From positions 1 through 46,234 of the forward strand of contig JAJYBC010000002.1 of NCBI GenBank assembly GCA_021779255.1: a DNA stretch of 46,234 nucleotides. Direction: 5' to 3'. The stretch comes from a bacterium (GTDB lineage: Bacteria > Patescibacteriota > Minisyncoccia > CAIUEV01). The notes under the pieces are model-generated. The model searched no databases, was not told the origin of the DNA, and saw only the letters and a list, made by a program, of their open reading frames with translations. Shown one piece after another: positions 27,743 through 36,518 of the stretch. Position 1 is the stretch's first letter. Every line of letters starts with the position of its first letter. Position numbers and translations under genes: made by a program.

Positions 27743-28432
27743 ATGGATGCTCGTAAAGGCATAGTTGTTTCTAGAACTAATTTAGTGGAAACTAAAAAAG
27801 AAGTTCCGGTACCTTGGAAAGGAGTTTTCTTTCTATTTTTTCTGACTTTTTTTCTTTGGCTGGGAACATTTATTTATAGTCGCGGAGTGAGCAATCAAAT
27901 TACTGATTTGCAAAATCAAATTGTAACTTCCAAACAGACTCGAGACTATAAAAAAATTGCTTTGGTGGCTGATAGCGAAAGTCGCCTTCAATCAATCAAA
28001 CAAATTTTAGACAAGCGATCCGATTGGGAAAATTTATTAAAAAAGATAGAAGAAAATACTATTCCGGATGTGACTTATACTCAAATGGATGCAACCTTAC
28101 AAGAAGGTGCGGGATCGGTCGGCACAGTCGGCCAAGATTCCCTAGTAAGTTCGTCAGGAAAAAGTTGCACAGTCGATTTCAGCGGAACAACCAAAGGGTT
28201 AGATAATTTAGCTAGACAGATTGCTGTTTTTCAGGAGAGTAAAGACGTTAACGGAGATGTTTTTGCCAGAGACGCTTCTATTCAAAAAGTGGAGATTAGA
28301 AAAACCGATACAGCCGAAGGCGACAACAAAGGCATTGTCGATTTTGTGATTCAGGTTGAGTTAAATCCAAATATTCTTGATCCTGAGAATATCAATAAAA
28401 AAAACTTAACGACCCAAGAAGCTCCCCAATAA
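27743..28432 (+). CDS. PilN-like pilus assembly protein
   Basis: Bitopic topology (short cytoplasmic N-terminus, one TM, coiled coil, extracellular domain) and a position immediately after pilM. Assigned by context, not by motif. Confidence 0.55.
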   Translation: MDARKGIVVSRTNLVETKKEVPVPWKGVFFLFFLTFFLWLGTFIYSRGVSNQITDLQNQIVTSKQTRDYKKIALVADSESRLQSIKQILDKRSDWENLLKKIEENTIPDVTYTQMDATLQEGAGSVGTVGQDSLVSSSGKSCTVDFSGTTKGLDNLARQIAVFQESKDVNGDVFARDASIQKVEIRKTDTAEGDNKGIVDFVIQVELNPNILDPENINKKNLTTQEAPQ

Positions 28433-28459
28433 TTATTTAACTTTTAAATTTTTAATTTG

Positions 28460-29107
28460 ATGTCAAAAATAAGAATTTTAATTTTTCCTCTGGTGTTGTT
28501 TTTTTCTGTTCTTATTATCTGGTTCGGCATCAAGCCAGTTTTTGATAATGCAAGAAAACTGGATACAGTGAAGAAATTGGAATTACAAAAACTGATAGAG
28601 CAAGAAAAAAGTTTGCAAGAAAGAACAGAAAGGATTGTGCAAGAAGAAAACGAAAAAAATCAATTAAGTTTGGTTTTTTCGGCTCTGCCAACGCAAAAAG
28701 AAGTCAAAAGCGTTATTGCCCAAATTGAGTTCATTGCTAACGAAAATAAAATTACTTTAACCAGTATTTCAGCAGAAGATAAGTCAGAGGGCAATGCTAT
28801 AGCGGCAGTAGCCGGTGTTCCGGATACGGGAGGATATAAAATAATTAACGGCACTATTGAAGTGAGTGGTGGCTATGGTCAACTGAAACAACTAATTCGC
28901 AGTTTATGGAAGCTGGAAAGAATAATCAATATTACCAAAATTTCAATTAATAATGTTGCTAGCGGAGGAGACCAGGGATCGGTTGGCCGATACTCTGTTA
29001 ATTTTAGAGCTTACTGGCAACCGGAAATTACTGAACAGATGATTAAAACGGGTCTGGAGAGTAAAGAAGCTAGTCCCAACAGCACTCTTACCCCTTTGGT
29101 TCCCTAA
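28460..29107 (+). CDS. PilO-like pilus assembly protein
   Basis: N-terminal TM, coiled coil (LELQKLIEQEKSLQERTERI), then ALPTQKEVKSVIAQIEFIANENKITLTSIS resembling the PilO core. The ATG at 28460 is preferred over the TTG at 28457. Confidence 0.6.
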   Translation: MSKIRILIFPLVLFFSVLIIWFGIKPVFDNARKLDTVKKLELQKLIEQEKSLQERTERIVQEENEKNQLSLVFSALPTQKEVKSVIAQIEFIANENKITLTSISAEDKSEGNAIAAVAGVPDTGGYKIINGTIEVSGGYGQLKQLIRSLWKLERIINITKISINNVASGGDQGSVGRYSVNFRAYWQPEITEQMIKTGLESKEASPNSTLTPLVP

Positions 29108-29135
29108 AAATTTTTAAAAGCTAAAATCATAAATT

Positions 29136-29438
29136 ATGTCAAAAAAAAATCTGGTAACTTTATCTATATTATTGATTTTTATAGTAGTTGGAGCTTCGGG
29201 ATTTCTTTTTTGGAATGATATTGGTTCCTATCTCGGTTTTAGTGATAATCAGAATAAAATTCAGCAAAATCTAAGTGGTTCTCCGATAACGATTAGCGCT
29301 GGAAATCAACAAGTTGTTATTCCCCCAACTCTTTCCACTGATGTTTTAGATAAATTGGAGAGTGAATTGACGGAAAATGCCGGGATGCCTTTAAAAGTAG
29401 AAAAAAAAGGGAATCTACTACCTTTTGGAATTCAGTAA
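29136..29438 (+). CDS. hypothetical small membrane-anchored protein in the pil operon
   Basis: 100 aa with one N-terminal TM segment, located between the PilO-like gene and pilB. It could fill a PilP-like role; this rests on position only. Confidence 0.5.
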   Translation: MSKKNLVTLSILLIFIVVGASGFLFWNDIGSYLGFSDNQNKIQQNLSGSPITISAGNQQVVIPPTLSTDVLDKLESELTENAGMPLKVEKKGNLLPFGIQ

Positions 29439-29456
29439 TACGTGTAATTTTTTATT

Positions 29457-31175
29457 ATGGATTCTCCTAGCGTCAAAAATGAAATAGCCGAATTACTCAA
29501 ATATATTCCCCGAGAAGCGGCGGAAAGATATAAAATGATTGTCTTGGAAAAAACTGGCAATCTTTTGAAAATCGGGATGGTTGATCCCAACAATTTAGAG
29601 TCGCAAGATGCTCTGCGTTTTATTTTAAATCGGCATAATCTTCAAGCGGAAGTTTATGTAATTGAAGAAGATGAATTGCAAAGAGAAATCAAAAAATATG
29701 ATGCTGCCAAGCAGGCGATCGGCGAAGCATTAAAAGATTTGGAAGAAGAAGAGAAAAAAGAGAAGCAAGAAGATAATCAAGGCGACAAAAAAGAAAAAAA
29801 AGTCGAAGAACTTTTTGAATCGGCTCCAGTGGCAAAAATTGTGGACGTGATTATTGAAAATGCGGTGGAGGGTGAAGCGAGTGATATTCATATAGAGCCG
29901 GAAGAAAATCAAGTAAAAGTTCGTTTTCGAGTCGACGGAGTTCTTCATTCCAGTCTTTTTTTGCCTAAAAACATAGGTCCTTCTATTGTTTCCCGAGTTA
30001 AAATTCTTTCCAATTTGAAAATTGACGAAAAGAGAAAACCTCAAGATGGTCGATTTAAAATAAAATACAAAGGACGTAATATCGATCTGCGTATTTCAAT
30101 TATGCCGGTTGCCGAAGGCGAAAAAATTGTGATGAGAGTTCTGGATGTTAAAAAGGGGCAAGCTGATTTAGAAGGATTGGGTATCTGGGGAAGAGCCAGA
30201 GAAATTGTGGAAAAAGAGATCAAAGAACCTTTCGGTTTAGTTCTAATTACCGGACCGACCGGTTCGGGAAAATCGACAACTCTTTACACTCTTCTTTCAA
30301 TGTTGGATCGAGAAGAAAATAATATTGTTACCTTGGAAGATCCGGTAGAATATCGGATCGAAGGAATCAATCAAAGTCAAATTTATCCTGAAATAAATTT
30401 TAATTTCGCCACCGGGCTGCGTTCTATTTTGCGTCAAGATCCGGATATTATTATGGTAGGGGAAATTCGCGACGAAGAAACGGCTGAATTGACTGTCCAC
30501 GCAGCTCTAACTGGTCATTTAGTTCTCTCAACTTTGCATACTAACAATTCAGTAGGAGCAATACCTCGCTTAATAGATATGAAAGCGGAACCGTTTCTTT
30601 TATCTTCGAGTTTACGAGTCTTAATTGCCCAAAGATTGGTAAGAAAAGTTTGCGATTATTGCCGAGAGGCTTATACTCCTAATGAAGTAACAGCTAAGAA
30701 AGTAAAGGAAATTTTAAAGAGAATTCCGGAGGAAGTTAAACAGTCAGCCGGAATTTCAGAAATTACCGAAATAAAATTTTATCGTGGAAAAGGCTGCGAA
30801 CACTGTTCTAACACCGGAATGAAAGGTCGGCTAGGAGTTTTTGAAGTATTTAAAATTAATGATAAAATGAAACAGATAATCGAAGCGGAAAATCTCAAAG
30901 GAGAAGTTCTTTGGGAAGAATTTTATCATCAAGGTGCGATTACGATGAGAGAAGACGGGATTATTAAGGTTTTACAAGGTCTGACAACGATTGAGGAAGT
31001 GGAAAATTCTACTGCCGATACGGCTAAGGAAAAAACTTTCGAGGCGACAAAAGACGATTTAGATAAAGTAGAGATAGAAGAAAAAAGAACGGAAGAAGTT
31101 GAAGTCGCGGAGAAAGTGAAGACAACGGAAGAAATTTTGAAAGCGGAAAGAGCCAATCCAGTATTTTCTTCTTAG
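29457..31175 (+). CDS. pilB: type IV pilus assembly ATPase PilB (GspE family)
   Basis: T2SSE N-terminal domain (AERYKMIVLEKTGNLLKIGMVDP), Walker A GPTGSGKST, Asp box, Walker B IIMVGEIRD, His box LVLSTLHTN and tetracysteine CDYC...CEHC. It has an acidic C-terminal tail. Confidence 0.92.
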   Translation: MDSPSVKNEIAELLKYIPREAAERYKMIVLEKTGNLLKIGMVDPNNLESQDALRFILNRHNLQAEVYVIEEDELQREIKKYDAAKQAIGEALKDLEEEEKKEKQEDNQGDKKEKKVEELFESAPVAKIVDVIIENAVEGEASDIHIEPEENQVKVRFRVDGVLHSSLFLPKNIGPSIVSRVKILSNLKIDEKRKPQDGRFKIKYKGRNIDLRISIMPVAEGEKIVMRVLDVKKGQADLEGLGIWGRAREIVEKEIKEPFGLVLITGPTGSGKSTTLYTLLSMLDREENNIVTLEDPVEYRIEGINQSQIYPEINFNFATGLRSILRQDPDIIMVGEIRDEETAELTVHAALTGHLVLSTLHTNNSVGAIPRLIDMKAEPFLLSSSLRVLIAQRLVRKVCDYCREAYTPNEVTAKKVKEILKRIPEEVKQSAGISEITEIKFYRGKGCEHCSNTGMKGRLGVFEVFKINDKMKQIIEAENLKGEVLWEEFYHQGAITMREDGIIKVLQGLTTIEEVENSTADTAKEKTFEATKDDLDKVEIEEKRTEEVEVAEKVKTTEEILKAERANPVFSS

Positions 31176-31213
31176 CTTTTTCGAGTTTCAATATTTTTAT
31201 TTAATTTAACAAA

Positions 31214-31597
31214 ATGAAATCAAAAAATAAAAAGGTGTTGATTGTGGAGGACGATCCTTTTATTGCTGATGTCTATACTTTAAAGTTGGAAAGCGAGGGT
31301 TATAACGTTGATTTGGCTGAAGACGGTTTGCGTTGTTTGGAAAAAATGCGAAAAAATAAATATGATGTGGTTTTGTTGGATATTATTATGCCCAATATGG
31401 ACGGCTTTGCTACTATGGAAAGAATTAAAATGTCTCCGGAACTTAATACCACTCCTGTGATTATTTTAACCAATTTAAGTCAAAAAAAAGATATCCAGAA
31501 GGGGATTGATTTGGGGGCGGTTGATTATATCATCAAAACTCGTTTTACACCGACTGAAGTGCTGAAAACAATTGATAAAGTTGTTGGCGAAAAATAA
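31214..31597 (+). CDS. receiver-only response regulator embedded in the pil operon (PilG/PilH-like position)
   Basis: VLIVEDDPFI...DVVLLDIIMPNMDG...VIILTN...DYIIK are receiver motifs. There is no output domain. Confidence 0.85.
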   Translation: MKSKNKKVLIVEDDPFIADVYTLKLESEGYNVDLAEDGLRCLEKMRKNKYDVVLLDIIMPNMDGFATMERIKMSPELNTTPVIILTNLSQKKDIQKGIDLGAVDYIIKTRFTPTEVLKTIDKVVGEK

Positions 31598-31633
31598 AGG
31601 TAGTTAGTTATTTAAATAATAAAAATAATAAAA

Positions 31634-32710
31634 ATGTCTTCAATTGTTCGAGCTGAACAACAATTAAAAAAACTTTTAGAGGTTGTTATTCAACAAGGAG
31701 CTTCCGACTTGCATTTATCTGTGGCTAGACATCCAACCCTAAGAATAGATGGGAAATTGGTTCCTCTTTCCAGTGAAAATATTTTGACCCGCAAGGACGT
31801 CTTCGATCTTTGTAGCGCTCTCATTAACGAGGATCAATTGGAAAATTTAAAAAAAGAATTGCAAATCGACTTTACTTATGAGCTGGAAGGAAAAATGCGA
31901 TTTCGAGTGAATATTTTCTTTGAAACTGGTAATCTAGCGGCCGCTTTGCGTTTAATTCCTTTTAAAATTCGAACCTTAGAAGAACTAAAATTGCCATCGA
32001 TTTTACACCAAGTAATTCGTCAAAACCAAGGGTTAGTATTGATTGTCGGGCCGACAGGCGTTGGTAAATCAACTACCTTGGCCGCTTTGGTCGATGAAAT
32101 AAATCATACTCGAACGGAACATATTATCACAATTGAGGATCCGATTGAATATATTTATAATCCCGATCGTTGCATTATTAATCAAAGAGAAGTCTATAAG
32201 GACGTTAAAACTTTTGCCAATGGTCTCAGAGGTTCTTTTCGAGAAGACGTGGATGTTCTGTTGGTTGGGGAGATGAGGGATGCGGAAACTATCGCTACAA
32301 CCATCACGGCGGCCGAAACGGGTCACTTGGTGATGGCAACTCTGCATACCAATGATTCAGCTCAAACAATTGACCGAATTATTGATATTTTTCCCGCTTC
32401 TCAACAACAACAAATCCGAGCTCAACTTTCCAGTATTTTAGTAGCGGTTGTTTCCCAAAGATTAATTCCCCGAATTGGTGGCGGTCGAGTTCCGGCAGTG
32501 GAAGTTCTATTAAATAATGATGCAGTGAGTAATCTAATTCGAGAAGGTCAAGTTCACCAGATTGTCAATGTTCTGGATACTTCTCTAGAAGAAGGAATGA
32601 TCTCGATTAATCGATCTTTGGCCGAGTTGGTTAAAGAAGAACAAATCACTTTGGAAAATGCCGAAAATTATGCGACCGATAAGCACACCTTGCATATGTT
32701 GTTAAGATAA
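31634..32710 (+). CDS. pilT: twitching motility (retraction) ATPase PilT
   Basis: 358 aa. GASDLHL...PTLRIDG..., Walker A GPTGVGKST, ITIEDPIEY, LLVGEMRD, ATLHTNDSAQTIDRIIDIFP are PilT-type motifs. Confidence 0.9.
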   Translation: MSSIVRAEQQLKKLLEVVIQQGASDLHLSVARHPTLRIDGKLVPLSSENILTRKDVFDLCSALINEDQLENLKKELQIDFTYELEGKMRFRVNIFFETGNLAAALRLIPFKIRTLEELKLPSILHQVIRQNQGLVLIVGPTGVGKSTTLAALVDEINHTRTEHIITIEDPIEYIYNPDRCIINQREVYKDVKTFANGLRGSFREDVDVLLVGEMRDAETIATTITAAETGHLVMATLHTNDSAQTIDRIIDIFPASQQQQIRAQLSSILVAVVSQRLIPRIGGGRVPAVEVLLNNDAVSNLIREGQVHQIVNVLDTSLEEGMISINRSLAELVKEEQITLENAENYATDKHTLHMLLR

Positions 32711-32723
32711 AATAAAAATTTTT

Positions 32724-33923
32724 ATGGATATAAACTTTAATCAGTCAGCTAAGAATCCGAAAGTAGCGATTGACCAAATAAATCAAGCTAATCAGCCAAA
32801 AAAAACGGCGCCGATTAGAGTTGAAAAAAGAACAATTGAAGAAGAAAATAAACCTGTGGATGCTTTTGGTTTTGCGAAGTCTTTTTTTGGGCGAATGAAA
32901 GAAAAAGAGCTAGTAACTTTTTTTCGAGAATTATCGATTTTAGTGGAAGCCAGAGTCCCTCTTATTAGGGCTTTGAAGTCTATTCGTTCGCAAGAACATA
33001 GTCAAGGAATGAGTGAAATGGTGGCTGATTTTCAAAGAAGAATAGAAGGAGGCAACCAATTGTCAGAGGCTATGGAAGAATATGATCGCTATTTTTCACC
33101 CCTTTATATCAACGTGGTAAAAGCTGGTGAAACTTCCGGTCGTCTTGAGGTCGTGCTTAATTATTTGGCGGACAGTCGAGAAAAAAGTTATGAACTTCGA
33201 AGGAAAATAATCGGCGCTTTAATCTATCCAGCGGTTATTATGGCGGCTTTTCTGGGAGTTTTTGTCTTCTTAATGATTTTTGTAATGCCCAATTTAAGTA
33301 AAACTCTGATGGATTCAGGCACTAAGCTTCCTTGGACAACTAAAATAGTCATGGGGATTAGTGGATTCGTAACCAATTATTGGTTTTTTTTATTGTTTAT
33401 TTTGATGAGTTTCGGTTTGGGAATTTTCTACTATTTAAAAACCAAGGAAGGAAAAAGACAGTGGGACGTGATAATTCTAAATTTGCCAATTTTCGGAAAT
33501 TTGTTTCGCTATATGTATATGAATATGTTTGCCGATAACTTGGGGCTTTTACTTAGAGAAAGTGTACCGATTACGCGATCGTTGGAAATTACGGCTGATA
33601 TTATGGGTAACCATATTTATGCCGATGTGATTATGGATTGTGTCAAAGAAGTTCAACGAGGAGGAATGATCAGTTTAGCGTTGGAGAAAAGCAAATATTT
33701 TCCCAATGTGGTACCTCAAATTTTGAGAGTGGGTGAAGAGTCAGGTAAGACGGCTGATACTTTAGCAACGATTGCTAATTATTACAGTAAAGAAGTTAAT
33801 AATTTGACTCAAAATATGATGGCCCTGATTGAACCGATCTTAATTCTATTTTTAGGGGTAGGTGTGGCGATTATAGTGGCTTCGGTTATTATGCCAATTT
33901 ACAATATGGCTGGTAGTATGTAA
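32724..33923 (+). CDS. pilC: type IV pilus platform protein PilC (T2SS F family)
   Basis: Two T2SSF repeats (FFRELSILVEARVPLIRAL... and MFADNLGLLLRESVPITRSLEI...), three TM regions, 399 aa. Confidence 0.9.
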   Translation: MDINFNQSAKNPKVAIDQINQANQPKKTAPIRVEKRTIEEENKPVDAFGFAKSFFGRMKEKELVTFFRELSILVEARVPLIRALKSIRSQEHSQGMSEMVADFQRRIEGGNQLSEAMEEYDRYFSPLYINVVKAGETSGRLEVVLNYLADSREKSYELRRKIIGALIYPAVIMAAFLGVFVFLMIFVMPNLSKTLMDSGTKLPWTTKIVMGISGFVTNYWFFLLFILMSFGLGIFYYLKTKEGKRQWDVIILNLPIFGNLFRYMYMNMFADNLGLLLRESVPITRSLEITADIMGNHIYADVIMDCVKEVQRGGMISLALEKSKYFPNVVPQILRVGEESGKTADTLATIANYYSKEVNNLTQNMMALIEPILILFLGVGVAIIVASVIMPIYNMAGSM

Positions 33924-33973
33924 AAGATAAATTTTTAATTCACCTAATTCAATTAATTTATTAGCTTATCCGA

Positions 33974-34046
33974 AATTTTTATGTATTTATTTCTAGGATC
34001 TTCTCGACAGGATGACTTGTCCACTAAAAATAAATACATAAAAATT
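33974..34046. repeat. hairpin with a family-2-related apical core (copy D)
   Basis: A perfect 19-bp AT stem pairs AATTTTTATGTATTTATTT (33974-33992) with AAATAAATACATAAAAATT (34028-34046). The loop contains CGACAGGATGACTTGTCCACT, matching the core reverse complement at about 18 of 22 positions. Confidence 0.75.
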
Positions 34047-34061
34047 GCAAATATCTATTGC

Positions 34062-34089
34062 TTGACTAAAAATAATTTTGTTAGATAAT
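34062..34089 (+). promoter_or_regulatory. candidate sigma-70-type promoter for the pilin gene
   Basis: TTGACT (34062-34067), a 16-nt spacer, then GATAAT (34084-34089), about 70 nt upstream of the pilin ATG. The pilin ATG is itself preceded by a GGGGGGTGG ribosome-binding site. Such hexamers arise easily in AT-rich DNA. Confidence 0.35.
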
Positions 34090-34161
34090 GATAAAGTCAA
34101 TTAAAATCCATTAAAATATTAAAATAAAAATGGAAAAACAAAATCGAAGGGGGGTGGAAAT

Positions 34162-34599
34162 ATGAGTTGCGGAAAATGTAAAAAAACTAAGAAAACTAAA
34201 AAAACCAAGAAAAAAGGTTTTACCCTTATGGAGCTTTTAGTGGTGGTGGCTATTATTGGAATTTTAGCCGCTATTGTTTTGGTTTCTTTGAATAGCGCGC
34301 GAAACAAAGGTAAAAATGCCGCTATTAAAGCTCAGATGGCTCAATTGCGATCAGCTGGCGAAATGTACAATGAAGAAGTCGGAGATTTCACAGGATGGTG
34401 TGCTAATTCAGAAGCAGCTAGAATCACCCAAGGAGCGATTGATTCGGGAGGAACTCTTCCTAACTGTGATGATAACAATGCAGCTTGGGCTTCGGAGATT
34501 ACTTTGGTTGGCACAACCGATCTTTGGTGTGTTGATTCGACCGGTGTTTCAAAACAGATCACGGCTTCCAAAGGCGCAGACACAGTGGCTTGTCCATAA
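34162..34599 (+). CDS. type IV pilin (probable major pilin)
   Basis: Class III signal ...KKKG/FTLMELLVVVAIIGILAAI with Gly at -1 and Glu at +5, four Cys in the C-terminal globular part, a strong RBS and a strong terminator. It is the last gene after pilC. Confidence 0.9.
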   Translation: MSCGKCKKTKKTKKTKKKGFTLMELLVVVAIIGILAAIVLVSLNSARNKGKNAAIKAQMAQLRSAGEMYNEEVGDFTGWCANSEAARITQGAIDSGGTLPNCDDNNAAWASEITLVGTTDLWCVDSTGVSKQITASKGADTVACP

Positions 34600-34649
34600 T
34601 TTCTAAATGTTATATGTGCGCATGCGCATTTAAAAATGGACAGTTAAAC

Positions 34650-34697
34650 AACAAACGTCCCGCAGATGCGGGACGTTTGTTAATATTTGCCTTTTTC
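34650..34697 (+). terminator. strong rho-independent terminator after the pilin gene
   Basis: A 14-bp perfect stem pairs AACAAACGTCCCGC (34650-34663) with GCGGGACGTTTGTT (34668-34681). The loop is AGAT and a T-rich tract follows. Confidence 0.75.
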
Positions 34698-34749
34698 TAT
34701 TTTCATTGCTATAAAAAAGAGGATAGCAATTATTTCTTAATTAAAATCT

Positions 34750-36270
34750 ATGACGGTTTTTCTTTTAGCGGTTTTATTTTTAGTAATTGGTAGTGTCGGG
34801 GGTTATTTAGCTCAAAATTTTTGGTCGCAAAAAAAGCAAGAAGGCGCTCTAAATAAAGCCGATAAAATTATGGATGATGCCAGATCGGAAGCCAAAGATT
34901 TGATTTTGTCAGCTAAAGAAAAGGCGGTAAAAGCTCTTTCGGAAATTAAGAAAGAAGAACAAATGCGTCGAAGGCAAATGGATAAAACTGAGGAGAGATT
35001 AGAAAAAATGGAAGGCAATATCTCTCGCAGAGAAGAAGATACTCGTCGAGAATGGGATGGACTCAAAAGAAAAGCGGGAGAAGTGGATAAAATTAAGACG
35101 GAAGTTCAAGAATTACGACAAGAGGCGTTAGACAAGTTGCGAACAATAACTAAACTTTCTCCTGAAAAAGCCAAAGAATTACTTTTTAAATCAGTAGAGA
35201 AAGATTACGAAGAAGAAGTCAGAAATTACGTAGCTGGTTTGGAAAAACGTAAAAAATTAGCCTTGGATGATAAAGCCAGAGAAATTATGACTTCGGCCAT
35301 TCAACGTTATGCGGCTGGGCACGTGGTTGATCATACCACGTCTACTGTTTCCATTGGCTCGGACGAGGTTAAAGGCAGGATTATTGGTCGCGAGGGACGG
35401 AACATCAATACGATTGAAAGATTAACCGGAGCGGAAATTATTGTGGATGATACCCCTCAAGCAATTGTGGTGTCGGCTTTCGATCCGATTAGAAGAGAAA
35501 TCGCCAAACAAACTCTAGAGCGATTGGTGGCTGATGGACGAATTCATCCGGCTAGAATTGAAGAAACCATTTTAGAAGTCAAACGAGATATTAATAAAAA
35601 AATAACGGAAGCGGGTGAAGCGGCTATGTACGAAATTGGGGTAACAGGTCTTGACCCTCGTTTAGTCAAGTTATTAGGACGTTTGCGCTATCGAACTAGT
35701 TATGGACAAAATATTTTACTTCATTCCATCGAAGTGGCTCATTTATCCGGCGCTTTGGCTGCCGAATTAGGTTTTGATATTGCCGTGGCCAAAAAAGCCG
35801 GTTTGTTGCACGATATTGGCAAAGCTATTGACCGTGAAGTTCAAGGAACGCACGTAGAAATCGGTATCAATATTTTGAAAAAATTTGGCATTGCCGAGAA
35901 AGTAATTGATGCAATGAAATCACACCACGAGGACTATCCTTTTGCCAGTCCGGAAGCGAGCCTAGTGGCTTCGGCTGATGCCATTTCCGCTGCTCGTCCC
36001 GGAGCGAGACGAGACAGTGTGGAAAATTATTTAAAACGCATTGAAGAAATTGAAGAAATAGCGATGTCCTTCCCAGAAGTGGAAAAAACCTATGCTATTC
36101 AAGCTGGGCGAGAGGTACGAATTTTTGTCTCGCCGGAGAAAATATCCGATTTAGATTCGGTTAAACTAGCTCGATCGGTAGCTGATAAAATTGAAGAAAA
36201 TTTAAAATATCCCGGCGAAATTAAAGTGGTAATTATTCGCGAAACCCGCGTTATGGAATACGCTCGATAA
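34750..36270 (+). CDS. rny: ribonuclease Y
   Basis: N-terminal TM anchor, long coiled coil, KH domain (GRIIGREGRNI) and HD domain (LLHDIGKA...HHE). Confidence 0.93.
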   Translation: MTVFLLAVLFLVIGSVGGYLAQNFWSQKKQEGALNKADKIMDDARSEAKDLILSAKEKAVKALSEIKKEEQMRRRQMDKTEERLEKMEGNISRREEDTRREWDGLKRKAGEVDKIKTEVQELRQEALDKLRTITKLSPEKAKELLFKSVEKDYEEEVRNYVAGLEKRKKLALDDKAREIMTSAIQRYAAGHVVDHTTSTVSIGSDEVKGRIIGREGRNINTIERLTGAEIIVDDTPQAIVVSAFDPIRREIAKQTLERLVADGRIHPARIEETILEVKRDINKKITEAGEAAMYEIGVTGLDPRLVKLLGRLRYRTSYGQNILLHSIEVAHLSGALAAELGFDIAVAKKAGLLHDIGKAIDREVQGTHVEIGINILKKFGIAEKVIDAMKSHHEDYPFASPEASLVASADAISAARPGARRDSVENYLKRIEEIEEIAMSFPEVEKTYAIQAGREVRIFVSPEKISDLDSVKLARSVADKIEENLKYPGEIKVVIIRETRVMEYAR

Positions 36271-36287
36271 AATTTGCATTTGCGTCA

Positions 36288-36403
36288 TTGTGCGGATGAA
36301 TTTTGTATTGTTGTGCGGATGAATTTTGTATTGTTGTGCGGATGAATTTTGTATTGTTGTGCGGATGAATTTTGTATTGTTGTGCGGATGAATTTTGTAT
36401 TTG
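36288..36403. repeat. tandem array, 5 copies of the 23-bp unit TTGTGCGGATGAATTTTGTATTG
   Basis: Counted directly. Units start at 36288, 36311, 36334, 36357 and 36380; the last carries one extra T. Confidence 0.95.
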
Positions 36404-36412
36404 TATTATTGT

Positions 36413-36437
36413 AGAGACGGGTCTCAGACCCGTCTCT
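36413..36437. repeat. 25-bp palindrome AGAGACGGGTCTCAGACCCGTCTCT (left copy)
   Basis: An 11-bp GC-rich stem with a 3-nt centre, identical to the copy at 37027..37051. Confidence 0.95.
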
Positions 36438-36518
36438 TTTTATGTAATTAAAAAAAATTGAGGATTTTTTAATATTTTTTTTATTATTTTTTAATGATGT
36501 TTGGATTATAATTTAAAT

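Noticed and set aside
34316-34606. Alternative-frame ORFs overlapping the pilin gene (34316..34606 plus strand, 34341..34583 minus strand, 34119..34307 minus strand).
   Set aside because: The frame starting at 34162 gives a textbook prepilin with an RBS and terminator. The overlapping frames have no motifs and no translation signals.
34617-34628. GC-rich 12-bp perfect palindrome TGCGCATGCGCA right after the pilin stop codon.
   Set aside because: It is short, unique in the window and has no flanking complementarity. The real terminator is the 14-bp stem at 34650..34681. It may be a restriction-type or operator site, but nothing further supports that.
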